A DNA stretch of 64,000 bases from an uncultured Chloroflexia bacterium (GTDB lineage: Bacteria; Chloroflexota; Limnocylindria; Limnocylindrales; CSP1-4), in assembly GCA_963801445.1 (NCBI GenBank), contig CAWDEW010000009.1, forward strand, positions 836,438-900,437. The letters run 5' to 3'. The notes beneath the pieces are model-generated. The model ran no database searches. It saw only the letters and a program-made list of their open reading frames with translations, and was not told the DNA's origin. Shown piece after piece: positions 1-9,105 of this stretch. The stretch's first letter is position 1. Every line of letters begins with the position of its first letter. The translations under genes were made by a program, and so were the position numbers.

Positions 1-1
1 T

Positions 2-271
2 GCGCTCCTCCTCGACGAGGAGAGCCGCAGCGACACGTACCCCTACATCGATATCCAGGAGGACGACACGACGATGACCCACGAGGCCACCGTCGGCAAG
101 GTCAGCGCGGACCAGGTCTTCTACCTGATGAGCCGCGGGCTGACCGAGAACGAGGCGACGAACCTGATCGTCCAGGGCTTCCTCGAGGTCTTCACGAAGG
201 AGCTCCCGATGGAGTACGCGATCGAGTTCAACCGCCTGGTGAAGATGGAGATGGAGGGCTCGCTGGGATGA
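2..271 (+). CDS. sufB: Fe-S cluster assembly protein SufB, C-terminal fragment (gene starts upstream of the window)
   Basis: The track ORF 74..271 translates to a typical SufB C-terminus ([23 protein letters not shown] ... [19 protein letters not shown]). The frame is open back to the window edge, and the stop overlaps the sufD start (ATGA). Confidence 0.85.
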   Translation, partial: ALLLDEESRSDTYPYIDIQEDDTTMTHEATVGKVSADQVFYLMSRGLTENEATNLIVQGFLEVFTKELPMEYAIEFNRLVKMEMEGSLG

Positions 272-1845
272 CGAGCCCGCCGGAGGCCGTCCCCGGCTCG
301 ACGCCCGCGCCCGAGGGGGGCGCGTCCCCAGCGGAATCGACGCCAGCTGCCAACCCCGTCGCCGCGCCGGGCTCCGGGCCCGCAGCGCCGGCCCGGAGCC
401 CGCGACGCGCTCCGGCGGACCTGCCGTTCTCGTTCGCCGACCGCGCGCTGGCCGAGTCTCTGTCCGAGGCGCGGGCCGAGCCGGCCTGGCTGCGCGAGGA
501 TCGGCTGGCTGCCGCGGACGCCTTCGCGGCGCTCCCCGTCGAGACGAACCAGCTCTACACGACGTACGTCGACCTGCGCGCCGCGGACCTGTTCGCGGCC
601 CGGCCGTACGTCACCACTGCCGCGGGGTCGGCCGTCGCCGGCGACGTCCCGGAGGGGACCGCGGGGATCATCGAGCTGCGCGAGGACGCGATCGTCCGCC
701 TGGCATTGGCCCCCGACGTCGCCGCGCGCGGCGTGGTCCTGGAGACGCTGGGCGCCGCGATCGCCCGTGGCGATGCCGCTGTCCGGGCCGCGCTCACCGG
801 CACCGCCCTGCCCGCCGACGAGAAGCTGGCCCACCTTTCGCGTGGCTTCTGGAGCCAGGGGATCCACCTCCACGTCCCGGACGGGGTCCGCATCGAGGCG
901 CCGATCATGCTGCGCATCGCGGCGGGCACGCCCGAGCGCGCGCTCCTGACGCGCACGCTGATCCGCCTCGGGAGCGACGCCGAGGCCTCGCTCGTCGAGG
1001 AGCTGGTCGCGGCCGGACCGCCGGTCGCCTGCGCTGCCGGCGAGCCGGTGCCCCAGGCGCTCTTCGGCGGCACGTCGGAGATCGAGCTCGGTTCGGGCGC
1101 CGTCCTGCGGTTCGCCTCGATCCAGGACCTGCCCGCCGGGACGGTCGCGTTCCAGCAGCGCGCCGCGCGGATCGGCGCCTCGGCCAGCCTCCGCTTCGCG
1201 ATCGCCCAGCTGGGCGCCCGGATCGTGCGCTCCCGGATCGACAATCGCCTCGAGGGGGCGGGCGGCGAGGTCGAGCAGGTCGAGATCGTGTTCGGCGGCA
1301 ACCAGCAGCTCTTCGACCTGACCGCCTACACCCGCCACATCGGGAAGGACACCACGGGCAACCTGCTCAGCAAGGCGGTCCTCCAGCAGGGCTCGCGGGC
1401 CTACATCAAGGGCCTCATCTCGATCGAGAAGACGGCCCGCGGCACGGACAGCTTCCTGGGCGAGTTCGGGATGCTCCTGGACAAGCAGAGCCGCTCGGTG
1501 ACCGTCCCCAGCCTCGAGATCGACCAGCCGGACTGCCGGCGGGCGGCCCACGCGAGCTCGGTGGGCCCGATCGACCCGGCCCAGATGTTCTACCTGGAGA
1601 GTCGCGGGATCCCGCCGGACGAGGCCCGCAAGTTCATCACCCTCGGCTTCCTCGAGCCGGTCGTCGCGCGGGTGCCCCTCGAGGCGGAGCGCGATCATCT
1701 CCGGAGCCTCCTGGAGGCCAAGTGGGACGCGCACCGTGACGAGATGGCGGCCGCAGCTGCGGCGCCCGTCGGGGCGAGCCCCGGCGCGGCGGTGCCCGTC
1801 GGCGCGGCGCTCGACGCTGCGGCCGCGGCGTCCTCGGTCGGGTGA
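268..1845 (+). CDS. sufD: Fe-S cluster assembly protein SufD
   Basis: The 525-aa ORF has a SufD-like beta-helix core and a C-terminus ([17 protein letters not shown] ... [33 protein letters not shown]) that parallels SufB. It is start-overlapped with sufB. The N-terminus is low-complexity Ala/Pro-rich, so the true start may be internal. Confidence 0.8.
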   Translation: MTSPPEAVPGSTPAPEGGASPAESTPAANPVAAPGSGPAAPARSPRRAPADLPFSFADRALAESLSEARAEPAWLREDRLAAADAFAALPVETNQLYTTYVDLRAADLFAARPYVTTAAGSAVAGDVPEGTAGIIELREDAIVRLALAPDVAARGVVLETLGAAIARGDAAVRAALTGTALPADEKLAHLSRGFWSQGIHLHVPDGVRIEAPIMLRIAAGTPERALLTRTLIRLGSDAEASLVEELVAAGPPVACAAGEPVPQALFGGTSEIELGSGAVLRFASIQDLPAGTVAFQQRAARIGASASLRFAIAQLGARIVRSRIDNRLEGAGGEVEQVEIVFGGNQQLFDLTAYTRHIGKDTTGNLLSKAVLQQGSRAYIKGLISIEKTARGTDSFLGEFGMLLDKQSRSVTVPSLEIDQPDCRRAAHASSVGPIDPAQMFYLESRGIPPDEARKFITLGFLEPVVARVPLEAERDHLRSLLEAKWDAHRDEMAAAAAAPVGASPGAAVPVGAALDAAAAASSVG

Positions 1846-2159
1846 GCCGCCGCATCGACGTCGGGCCCGTGGCCGACCTTGCGCCGGGCACGATGCAGAT
1901 GGTCTGGGTGGACGGCACCGAGGCGGTCCTGGTCGTCAACCAGGGCGGTCACCTGTTCGCCCTGCAGGGCGTCTGCTCCCACGAGTACTTCGAGCTGGAC
2001 CGCGGCTTCCTGACGGGACCGTCGGTCACCTGCGCGCTCCACCTCTCACGCTTCGACCTCGCTACCGGCGAGGCGCTCGACCCGCCGGCCGACGAGCCGC
2101 TGGCGACCTACCCCGTCGCGGTGGAGGACGGGCGCATCCTGGTGGACTGGCCGGCCTGA
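1842..2159 (+). CDS. Rieske [2Fe-2S] domain ferredoxin-like protein (suf-cluster associated)
   Basis: The 105-aa ORF carries Rieske-type ligand boxes (CSHEYFELDRG ... CALHLSRFDLATG). It overlaps the sufD stop. Confidence 0.8.
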   Translation: MSRRIDVGPVADLAPGTMQMVWVDGTEAVLVVNQGGHLFALQGVCSHEYFELDRGFLTGPSVTCALHLSRFDLATGEALDPPADEPLATYPVAVEDGRILVDWPA

Positions 2160-2211
2160 CCGCTCGGCGCCCCGGTGCGCGGCCGAGCTCCTGCGCCCGG
2201 GCCTCTGCGTG

Positions 2212-2412
2212 GGTCCGAGCTCCGGCGCCCGAAGCGCCTCTCGGAATCCGATGCCTTGCGCGGCATCACAAGGTGCGGCGCTGCGCCCGTGCGGCGCTGC
2301 GGCCGAGCCCCGGCGCCCGAAGCGCCTCTCGGAACCCGATGCCTTGCGCGGCATCACAAGGTGCGAGTGCCGCGGAACGACGGGAGTGCCGCGGAACGAC
2401 GGGAGTGCCGCG
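2212..2412. repeat. Intergenic tandem direct repeats: two ~57-nt near-identical units about 91 nt apart, plus an adjacent 19-nt unit in three tandem copies (third diverged at its 3' end), each long unit carrying short hairpins
   Basis: The unit ccggcgcccgaagcgcctctcgga(a/t)cccgatgccttgcgcggcatcacaaggtgcg occurs twice. Each copy contains the inverted repeats ggcgc..gcgcc and gatgcc..ggcatc. After them, ccgcggaacgacgggagtg occurs twice in tandem. Confidence 0.6.
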
Positions 2413-2465
2413 CGACAGCGGCGAGCCCGAGCTGCGCGCCCCAGGGCCTGAGCAGGTGGGCGGGC

Positions 2466-5096
2466 CTACGGTTCGATCGTCAGCGTGGAGGCGGCCGACT
2501 TCCGGATGACATCCAAGGTGAACGGGAAGGCGAACGTTCGGCCGGCGATCCAGTCGTCGATCATGTCGCCGTAGTGGCGGTCGAAGGGGTTGCCGCTCTG
2601 GCCGGTCGTCTGGACGATCCGGGCCCCATCCATGTTGCCCAGGTCGATGGTGAAGCGGTACGAGGGGATCGTGGACGCCTGGAACGCCGCGAAGAGGGTC
2701 CCGGGCTTCGCCCACGCGGTCGAATCCGGCTTGGCGGGGTCGGGATAGAAGGCGCCGAACGTCGTCGTCGTGTTCAGCACGGCGCCCGAGGTCCCGGGAA
2801 AGCCGAAGGGACCCTGGTCGAGGAGCGCCTCGAGCGGGGCGATCCCGCTCGTGCCCAGGGTCTGCTCCTCGAAGCGACCGAGGTGCAGGCTGCCCCAGGT
2901 CCAGCGCGAGGGGTCGCCCAGCGCGGCGCGCAGGTCCGCACCGGCAGCATCGAGCGCCCCGGCCAGCCGCTCGTCACGGGTCTCCGTCGCCACCGTCGAT
3001 GGGTCGTTCCAGAAGGGGGACGCCGGGTCCGCGAGGGCGACGCGCAGGGCCACGCGCGAGGGGTCCGTGCCCACGTACTGCTGGGAGAGGGTCCCCAGCC
3101 ACGGGTCGAAGACCGCCCGCAGGAGCCGCCACTCGGCGACCTCGTACGCGGCGCAGCCCTGGCTGGCCGTGTCGCAGCGACGGTTCCAGGCTCCGACGAG
3201 CGCCTGGACGCGCTGGCCGTCGGTCGTCGCCGGCTTCGCGGCCTGGAACGCGGGCACGACGCTGTCGGCCCGGAGCAGCCGGGTGTCGGTCTGGATCGCG
3301 CCCAGGTCCGCGAGCGTCACGCCGCCCCTGGCGGCGGCCTCCTTCAGCATCTGGGTGATCCGCGCGGCCCGCCAGCCGGCGTCCCAATCCGAGCCCAGGA
3401 AGTACGGGTAGCTCGGGCCAACGACCTGGTTGTTGGCGGTCACGATCATGCCGGACGGCGGGTTGTAGAGGTGGGGGAGCTCGTCGAACGGCACGTACCC
3501 CAGCCAGTCGTGTGCGCCGGACGCCCCGTCGACCGGGCGGTCGCCGGTGTCACCCTTGGGGCGGATCGGGAGCCGGCCCGGAACCTGCCAGCCGATGTTG
3601 CCGGCAACGTCCGCGTAGACGAAGTTCTGGGAAGGTGCGCCGTAGCCCTTCATCGCCGCCTGGAAGGACGGGAAGTCGCTCGCGACGTCGATCCCCAGGA
3701 ACGACTCGAGCACGCCGTCGGGCTCGGTCAGGGCAGTCCAGCGGAGGGCGTAGACCATCCCCGATCCCTTCAGGTCGCTGAAGACGTCCGTGACGACGGG
3801 ACCGTGGACGGTGCTCCGGACCGTGAGCGTGACCGGCTCGCCGCCGGCGACCTTGATCGTCTCCTGGCGGGTCGTGTACGGGATCGACTGGCCCTTGTAG
3901 AGGTAGTTGGCCGGGTTGTGCGGGTCCGGCGTCTCGACGAAGAGGTCCTCGACGTCGGGCCCGACGTTCGTGACGCCCCACGCGATCTTCGCGTTGTGGC
4001 CGAGGATGACGCCGGGCGTGCCCGGGAACGTGACGCCCTGGACGTCGTACGGACAGGCGCCCGACACGACCCGGCAGTGCAGGCCATTGATGAACCAGAT
4101 GCTGGGCATCTGGATCCCCAGGTGCGGGTCGTTCGCCAGGAGGGCCGTGCCCGTCGCGCTCTTCGATGGTGCCACCACCCAGTCGTTGGAGCCGACGCCG
4201 CGCATGCCGATCGCGTCGGTCGCCGGTGCCAGCCCGGCCAGCGCGGTCAGCGACCCGGCCAGGGCGGAGAGCCGGGCGAGGCCCGTGCGAACGGCCGGCG
4301 TGAACGTCGACGCCGCGACCGGACTGCTCGCCGCCGGCCCGCCGACCGCCGAGGTCCCCGTGACCGCCGGCGCGGTGGCGCCCGTCCCGGAGTCCAGGAT
4401 CGTCGGGTTCGTCGACGGGTAGGGCGGGGTGAGCGCGTCGGTCAGCGCCCTGTTGCCCGCGAGCCTGGCGTCGACCAGCGTCTTGAAGATCTCGGTCGTG
4501 ACATTGCCGCCCAGCGACCAGGCCTGGAGCTTGGCGAACGTCGTCGTGTCGACCGGCGTCCAGGGCTCGGGCTGGTACCCGTCGAGGCCGCTGCCCTTGC
4601 CGCTCACCAGCCCGGCGACGACGAAGGGCAGGCCGAGCTTCCCCTTGTTCGCGTCGAGCCAGGCGTTGACGCCGGCGGCGTACCGCTCGAGCGCGCGGCG
4701 GGTGCCCGGGCTCGCGGCCGCGTAGTCCGCCTCGCCCGACTGGCGCCAGCCCAGCGTCCGGATGAAGGCGTCCGTATCGAGCTGGCTCTTGCCGAACAGC
4801 TCGGAGAGGCGCCCGGCACCGATGTGGCGCCAGATCTCCATCTGCCACATGCGCTCGGAGGCGTGGACCCAGCCCTGGGCGAAGAAGAGGTCGTCGGGAG
4901 TGTCCGCGACGATCTGGGCGATCCCGGCCGGGTCGCGGTAGACCGTGACGGGCCCCGTCAGGCCCGCGACGTGGAGCGTGCCCGAGGTGGTCGGCAGGGC
5001 CCGCCCGGCCACGTACCCGATGAGCCCGCCGACGGCGAGGACCACGACGACCAGCAGGACCACCAGGACCGCCGCGAGGCGACCGACGAGACGCAC
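2466..5096 (-). CDS. Penicillin amidase/acylase family protein (peptidase S45, Ntn-hydrolase) with N-terminal signal/TM segment
   Basis: The 877-aa product has penicillin-acylase family features (FAQGWVHASERMWQMEIWR, the SNDWVV nucleophile region, YNPPSGMIVTANNQ). A GTG start follows the RBS aaggaggg, and a hydrophobic N-terminus comes next. Confidence 0.85.
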   Translation of the reverse strand: MRLVGRLAAVLVVLLVVVVLAVGGLIGYVAGRALPTTSGTLHVAGLTGPVTVYRDPAGIAQIVADTPDDLFFAQGWVHASERMWQMEIWRHIGAGRLSELFGKSQLDTDAFIRTLGWRQSGEADYAAASPGTRRALERYAAGVNAWLDANKGKLGLPFVVAGLVSGKGSGLDGYQPEPWTPVDTTTFAKLQAWSLGGNVTTEIFKTLVDARLAGNRALTDALTPPYPSTNPTILDSGTGATAPAVTGTSAVGGPAASSPVAASTFTPAVRTGLARLSALAGSLTALAGLAPATDAIGMRGVGSNDWVVAPSKSATGTALLANDPHLGIQMPSIWFINGLHCRVVSGACPYDVQGVTFPGTPGVILGHNAKIAWGVTNVGPDVEDLFVETPDPHNPANYLYKGQSIPYTTRQETIKVAGGEPVTLTVRSTVHGPVVTDVFSDLKGSGMVYALRWTALTEPDGVLESFLGIDVASDFPSFQAAMKGYGAPSQNFVYADVAGNIGWQVPGRLPIRPKGDTGDRPVDGASGAHDWLGYVPFDELPHLYNPPSGMIVTANNQVVGPSYPYFLGSDWDAGWRAARITQMLKEAAARGGVTLADLGAIQTDTRLLRADSVVPAFQAAKPATTDGQRVQALVGAWNRRCDTASQGCAAYEVAEWRLLRAVFDPWLGTLSQQYVGTDPSRVALRVALADPASPFWNDPSTVATETRDERLAGALDAAGADLRAALGDPSRWTWGSLHLGRFEEQTLGTSGIAPLEALLDQGPFGFPGTSGAVLNTTTTFGAFYPDPAKPDSTAWAKPGTLFAAFQASTIPSYRFTIDLGNMDGARIVQTTGQSGNPFDRHYGDMIDDWIAGRTFAFPFTLDVIRKSAASTLTIEP

Positions 5097-5230
5097 GCTC
5101 CGACTCCCTCCTTTGGCCAGCCCCGCGCTCACCGTCCGGACCGACTCTGGGAGTGTGCCCCGTCCGGCGCCGTCGGGCACGCCGATTCCCGCAACGCGCG
5201 CCACGGGCAGGGACCGGGCGGATGGCCCCG

Positions 5231-6241
5231 TCAGCGGGGGAGGATCGTGCCCCTTCCCAGCGTCGCGGCGGCGCGCAGGACCGCGTCCGCGAAGACGAGG
5301 TCCGCGAGACCCGTGCCCAGGTGGGTCACCAGGACCCGCCCGTGCGCGGGCCGGGGCGTGCCCGCGAGGATCGCCTCACCCATCGAGGCCTGCGGATCCG
5401 GATAGCCGTCGAAGAGGCCGGCCTCCCGGTTCGCGGCGAACTGGGCGCGCTCGTCGGTGAGGAACAGTCCGGCCGTGCGAGCCACGTCGGCCGCAACCGA
5501 CGTCGCGTAATCGACCGCGACGACGAGCGCGTCCGGGGTGAACCAGTCGCCGGCCATGACCTGGCGGATCGGCCCGAACGAGACGCAGGTCACGACGACG
5601 TCGGCATCGGCGACGGCCTCGCGGGCCGTGGGGACCGTCCGGGCAGCGCCGATCCCGCCCACGGCGGAGGCGTCCGCCGCCATGGCCACGGCCGCCTGGG
5701 GCAGCACGTCGTGGATCGCCACCTCGACGCCCGGCAGCAGGAAGCCCAGGACGGGGAGGTGGCTGCGGCCCTGCACTCCCGCCCCGATCACGGCCGCCCG
5801 GGGCGGACGGCCGCTCACGGGCGGTGCCCATCGAGCGATCGCCGTCCCGGAGATCGCCGCCGTGCGCTCCGCCGTGATCGGCGCGCCGTCGACGATCGCG
5901 ATGGGCACGCCGGTCAGGGGGTCGTTGAGGAGCACGATGGCGTGGAGCGCCGGCAGGCCGGCCGCGCGATTGCCCGGCACGCCTGCGATCCACTTCATGC
6001 CCACGAGATCGGCCCGCCCGGTCGGGTCGTCGCCCCGGAGGTGGGCCGGCATCGCGTGGGCGAACGACTCCGGCGGGCGAGCGTGGATCCCGATCTTGGC
6101 CGGCAGCTCGGCGCCCCGGGCCAGGCCCACGAGCGTCCGCTCGGCAAGCTGGATACGCACCGGGAGCGGGGGCATGGCCGCCAGGACGTCGGCGGCGGTC
6201 AGCCAGCGGAGCGGCGGGAGGGGCGGCCTGGGGGCACTCAC
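5231..6241 (-). CDS. Ornithine cyclodeaminase / mu-crystallin family protein
   Basis: It shows an OCD-family N-terminus (LTAADVLAAM) and a Rossmann motif (VIGAGVQGRSHL). The start is placed at an internal GTG; the ORF itself extends to 6301. Confidence 0.75.
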   Translation of the reverse strand: MSAPRPPLPPLRWLTAADVLAAMPPLPVRIQLAERTLVGLARGAELPAKIGIHARPPESFAHAMPAHLRGDDPTGRADLVGMKWIAGVPGNRAAGLPALHAIVLLNDPLTGVPIAIVDGAPITAERTAAISGTAIARWAPPVSGRPPRAAVIGAGVQGRSHLPVLGFLLPGVEVAIHDVLPQAAVAMAADASAVGGIGAARTVPTAREAVADADVVVTCVSFGPIRQVMAGDWFTPDALVVAVDYATSVAADVARTAGLFLTDERAQFAANREAGLFDGYPDPQASMGEAILAGTPRPAHGRVLVTHLGTGLADLVFADAVLRAAATLGRGTILPR

Positions 6242-6332
6242 CGACGCATCATCGCGCGGCTCCCCGGGCCTGTCGACCGGAGGGAGCGCCGCCCGCCCCA
6301 CGCGTCGACGGCGGTCCGGCTACGATCGACGT

Positions 6333-7646
6333 GTGAGCACGCCCAGCGGACCTCGGCCGGCCGACCTTGCCGAGAGCCTCGCGAACCTTCGCCTCGAGCA
6401 GGACGCGATCGTCCTGTACGACCGGCTCTCGGGCATCGAGCGCGATCCCCGCCGGGCCGACATGTTCCGGGCGATCGCCCAGAACGAGCGACGGCATGCG
6501 GCCGTGTGGGCGGCGCGGCTGGAGGCGCTGGGAGCGACGGTGCCGCCGGCGGGCCGGGCGCGCATGCGCATCCGGGCGATCGTCGCGCTGGCCCGGGTGT
6601 TCGGGACCCGGGCCGTGGCCGACCTGGTCCAGGCGCTCGAGGGCGACGAGGAGCGGATCTACCAGGGACGCCCGCGCTCGGCCGAGGCGGACACGATCGC
6701 CGCCGACGAGCGGGTCCACCTCGAAGCCTGGGAGCGGCTCAAGGAGGGCACGCCACCGGCACCCCACGAGATCGAGTCGTCGCTGCCGCCCGCCGCCGCG
6801 CCGCAGGAGCCCGTGTCGGGCGCCGCCGCGGCGGACGCAGGCGCCGCCGCGGCTGGGGCGTCCCGGGGTGGCGGGCTTGGCCTGCACGAGGCGACCCGGG
6901 TGGACGAGGAGCGGCGCGCCCGACGGGTGACCGGCGCCGGCGAGATCACCCGGGCCGAGCGCTGGCATCGCGGCGGGGCCGGCACGCTCCGGGCGGTCGT
7001 CTTCGGCGCCTCCGACGGGCTGGTCAGCAACCTGTCGCTGGTCATGGGGGTGGCCGGCGCGAACGCCCAGCCATCGTTCATCCTCCTGTCGGGCATCGCC
7101 GGCCTCCTCGCCGGCGCGTTCAGCATGGCCGCCGGCGAGTACATCTCGGTCCAGTCGCAACGAGAGGTACTCCAGCGCCAGATCGCGCTAGAACGCGCCG
7201 AGCTCGAGGCGATCCCGGAGGAGGAGAAGGCCGAGCTGGTCGCCATCTACCAGTCCAAGGGGCTGCCCGAGGCGGACGCCCGCCGCGTGGCGGACCACAT
7301 CTTCGAGGACCCCGAGACGGCCCTCGAGACCATGGTCCGCGAAGAGCTGGGCCTCGACCCTGACGAGCTCGGGTCTCCCTGGAAGGCGGCCGGCGGATCG
7401 TTCGCGGCCTTCTGCCTTGGCGCGGTGATCCCCGTCATCCCCTACCTGTTCGGCGGGGGCACGACCATCCTGGTGCTGAGCTTCGTGGTGAGCCTGATGG
7501 CGCTGTTCGTGGTGGGAGCCCTCGTCAGCCTCCTGACCGGCCGCAGCCTGCTCTTCTCGGGCGCGCGCCAGGTGGGGCTCGGCGCGCTGGCGTCCATCGT
7601 CACCTTCCTGGTCGGGCGCGTCATCGGCGTCGCGACCGGCGGGTAG
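6333..7646 (+). CDS. mbfA: Membrane-bound ferritin-like protein: N-terminal ferritin/erythrin-like domain fused to a C-terminal VIT1/CCC1 iron-transporter domain (MbfA-like)
   Basis: The GTG start is in frame. The N-terminal half looks ferritin-like (ERRHAAVWAARLEALG ... ADERVHLEAWERL). The C-terminal half has VIT1 motifs (FGASDGLVSNLSLVMGVAGA ... MAAGEYISVQSQRE) and TM helices. Confidence 0.8.
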   Translation: MSTPSGPRPADLAESLANLRLEQDAIVLYDRLSGIERDPRRADMFRAIAQNERRHAAVWAARLEALGATVPPAGRARMRIRAIVALARVFGTRAVADLVQALEGDEERIYQGRPRSAEADTIAADERVHLEAWERLKEGTPPAPHEIESSLPPAAAPQEPVSGAAAADAGAAAAGASRGGGLGLHEATRVDEERRARRVTGAGEITRAERWHRGGAGTLRAVVFGASDGLVSNLSLVMGVAGANAQPSFILLSGIAGLLAGAFSMAAGEYISVQSQREVLQRQIALERAELEAIPEEEKAELVAIYQSKGLPEADARRVADHIFEDPETALETMVREELGLDPDELGSPWKAAGGSFAAFCLGAVIPVIPYLFGGGTTILVLSFVVSLMALFVVGALVSLLTGRSLLFSGARQVGLGALASIVTFLVGRVIGVATGG

Positions 7647-7771
7647 GGGAGCGGGCAACGGCGCAGGCCGGCAGCCCCGCGGACCGGCTCCGGGCGGAGG
7701 GGCTCGATCCCGGCAGCTGGAGCAACGGTCCCGGCGACGTCTACGCCGCCCATGTCCACGGCTACGACAAG

Positions 7772-7981
7772 GTGCTCGCCTGCGTGGCCGGAAGCATCAC
7801 CTTCGGCCTCCCCGGGCAGGGCGATCGGGTCACGCTGCAGGTGGGCGACCGCCTCGACCTGCCGGCGGGCACGACGCACGACGCGGTCGTCGGGTCGCGC
7901 GGGGTCAGCTGTCTCGAGGCGCACCTTCCCGCGGGGCAGCTCGCGCCTTCGACCCGGCACCGACCGGCAGGGACCTGGTAG
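7772..7981 (+). CDS. Cupin domain protein (N-terminus uncertain)
   Basis: The track ORF begins at GTG 7772. The same frame is open upstream and encodes cupin motif 1 (GSWSNGPGDVYAAHVHGYDKV) with no ATG/GTG/TTG. The true start may therefore be non-canonical or further upstream. Confidence 0.45.
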   Translation: MLACVAGSITFGLPGQGDRVTLQVGDRLDLPAGTTHDAVVGSRGVSCLEAHLPAGQLAPSTRHRPAGTW

Positions 7982-8078
7982 GGCGCCCGCCGGAACGAAA
8001 GGAGCGACCCTCGGGGAAGCCCCGGGGGTCGTCGTGTAGGCTGTCGATCAGCCCCGGAGATGCCGGGGCGGCAGACTG

Positions 8079-8282
8079 TCAGCGCAGTCCGAAACGTGCC
8101 CAGAAGGGCAGCTCGTCGCGCGGATCGGCCTGAGGCTTCTCATCGGTGCCACTCAGCAGGATGCTGACGAAGGACAAGAGCGCCAGGAGGCCGAGCCCGG
8201 TCACGAGTAGCATCGTGCGGTCCCTCCACCTGCTTGGGTCGACTCGACGAATATCGAGTACGTATGCATAGTAGCCTAACAA
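8079..8282 (-). CDS. Small hypothetical membrane protein
   Basis: The 67-aa ORF has one predicted TM helix (LLVTGLGLLALLSFVSILL). It lies in an AT-rich spacer divergent from lrp. Support is weak. Confidence 0.25.
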   Translation of the reverse strand: MLGYYAYVLDIRRVDPSRWRDRTMLLVTGLGLLALLSFVSILLSGTDEKPQADPRDELPFWARFGLR

Positions 8283-8325
8283 AGTGCGGTAGTCAACGCT
8301 ACATTGCCTAACATAGTGGGATCAG

Positions 8326-8832
8326 ATGGGCGTAGATCCGAAGATCAGCGAAGTCGATGCCAGGATTCTCGAGGCGCTCCAGGTCGACGGGCGCCGTTCG
8401 TATGCCGAGATCGGCGCCGACGTGGGCATGAGCGGGCCCTCCGCCCATGAGCGGGTCAAGAAGCTCGAGTCGCGGGGGATCATCCGCGGCTACATGGCCT
8501 CCGTCGACCCCACGAAGGTGGGCCTGGGCGTCACCGCGTTCATGTGGGTCACGCAGGCACCCGGCACGATCGCCAACGACCTCGTGCCGGACTTCGCTGC
8601 GATCTCCGAGGTGGAGGCCTGCCACCGGATCGCGGGCGAGGGGGACTACCTGCTCAAGATCCGGGCGGCCGACACGCAGGACCTGGAGCGGGTCGTCCGG
8701 AAGGTCCAGGGCACGACCAACGTCTACCGGACCGAGACGGACATCGTCTTCTCGACGCCGTTCGAGCGCCGGCCGCTCCCCATCCGGGCGCACGATCCGG
8801 GCAGGAAGCCCGAGCCGGTCGAGGAGTCCTAG
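8326..8832 (+). CDS. lrp: Lrp/AsnC family transcriptional regulator
   Basis: It has an N-terminal HTH (ILEALQVDGRRSYAEIGADVGMSGPSAHERVKKLE) and a C-terminal RAM domain. An AT-rich promoter region lies upstream. Confidence 0.9.
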   Translation: MGVDPKISEVDARILEALQVDGRRSYAEIGADVGMSGPSAHERVKKLESRGIIRGYMASVDPTKVGLGVTAFMWVTQAPGTIANDLVPDFAAISEVEACHRIAGEGDYLLKIRAADTQDLERVVRKVQGTTNVYRTETDIVFSTPFERRPLPIRAHDPGRKPEPVEES

Positions 8833-9035
8833 GCGCCCGCCCGGCCGGGGGCCCCGGATTCGGCGGGAGCCGGCTCGAGCTCGCCCGACCCGGACGACCC
8901 GCCGGCTGGCGCGGGGTCCATCCAGTCGTCGGGGAGCGGCTCGACCTCGGCGAGCTCACCGGTCGCCATCCAGACGAGCGCGGCGATCCCGACCGCGACG
9001 AGGATGGCGAGCCAGACGAGGAACTCGAGGTTCAC
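8829..9035 (-). CDS. Small hypothetical membrane protein (GTG start)
   Basis: The 68-aa product has one TM helix (FLVWLAILVAVGIAALVW) and an acidic Gly/Ser-rich tail. It sits between lrp and lgt. Confidence 0.25.
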   Translation of the reverse strand: MNLEFLVWLAILVAVGIAALVWMATGELAEVEPLPDDWMDPAPAGGSSGSGELEPAPAESGAPGRAGA

Positions 9036-9105
9036 GGGGTCGGCTCCGGGAGCATGGCCGGGAGTATAGGGAGTCCCGTCGGGACGTCGCGCTACACTCC
9101 CGGCG

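Noticed and set aside
121-1734. A 537-aa ORF antisense to sufD.
   Set aside because: It is Arg/Gly/Asp-rich with no motifs. It is the typical antisense open frame of a high-GC gene whose sense strand carries clear SufD homology.
2175-5405. A 1076-aa plus-strand ORF and nested ORFs (2770..3411, 3550..4848 and others) overlapping the penicillin-acylase gene.
   Set aside because: They are low-complexity Arg/Gly/Pro-rich translations. The minus-strand frame carries unambiguous S45 acylase motifs.
5153-7646. The upstream parts of the 736-aa and 702-aa plus ORFs over the ornithine cyclodeaminase gene.
   Set aside because: They overlap the minus-strand cyclodeaminase gene. The real mbfA starts at the in-frame GTG at 6333.
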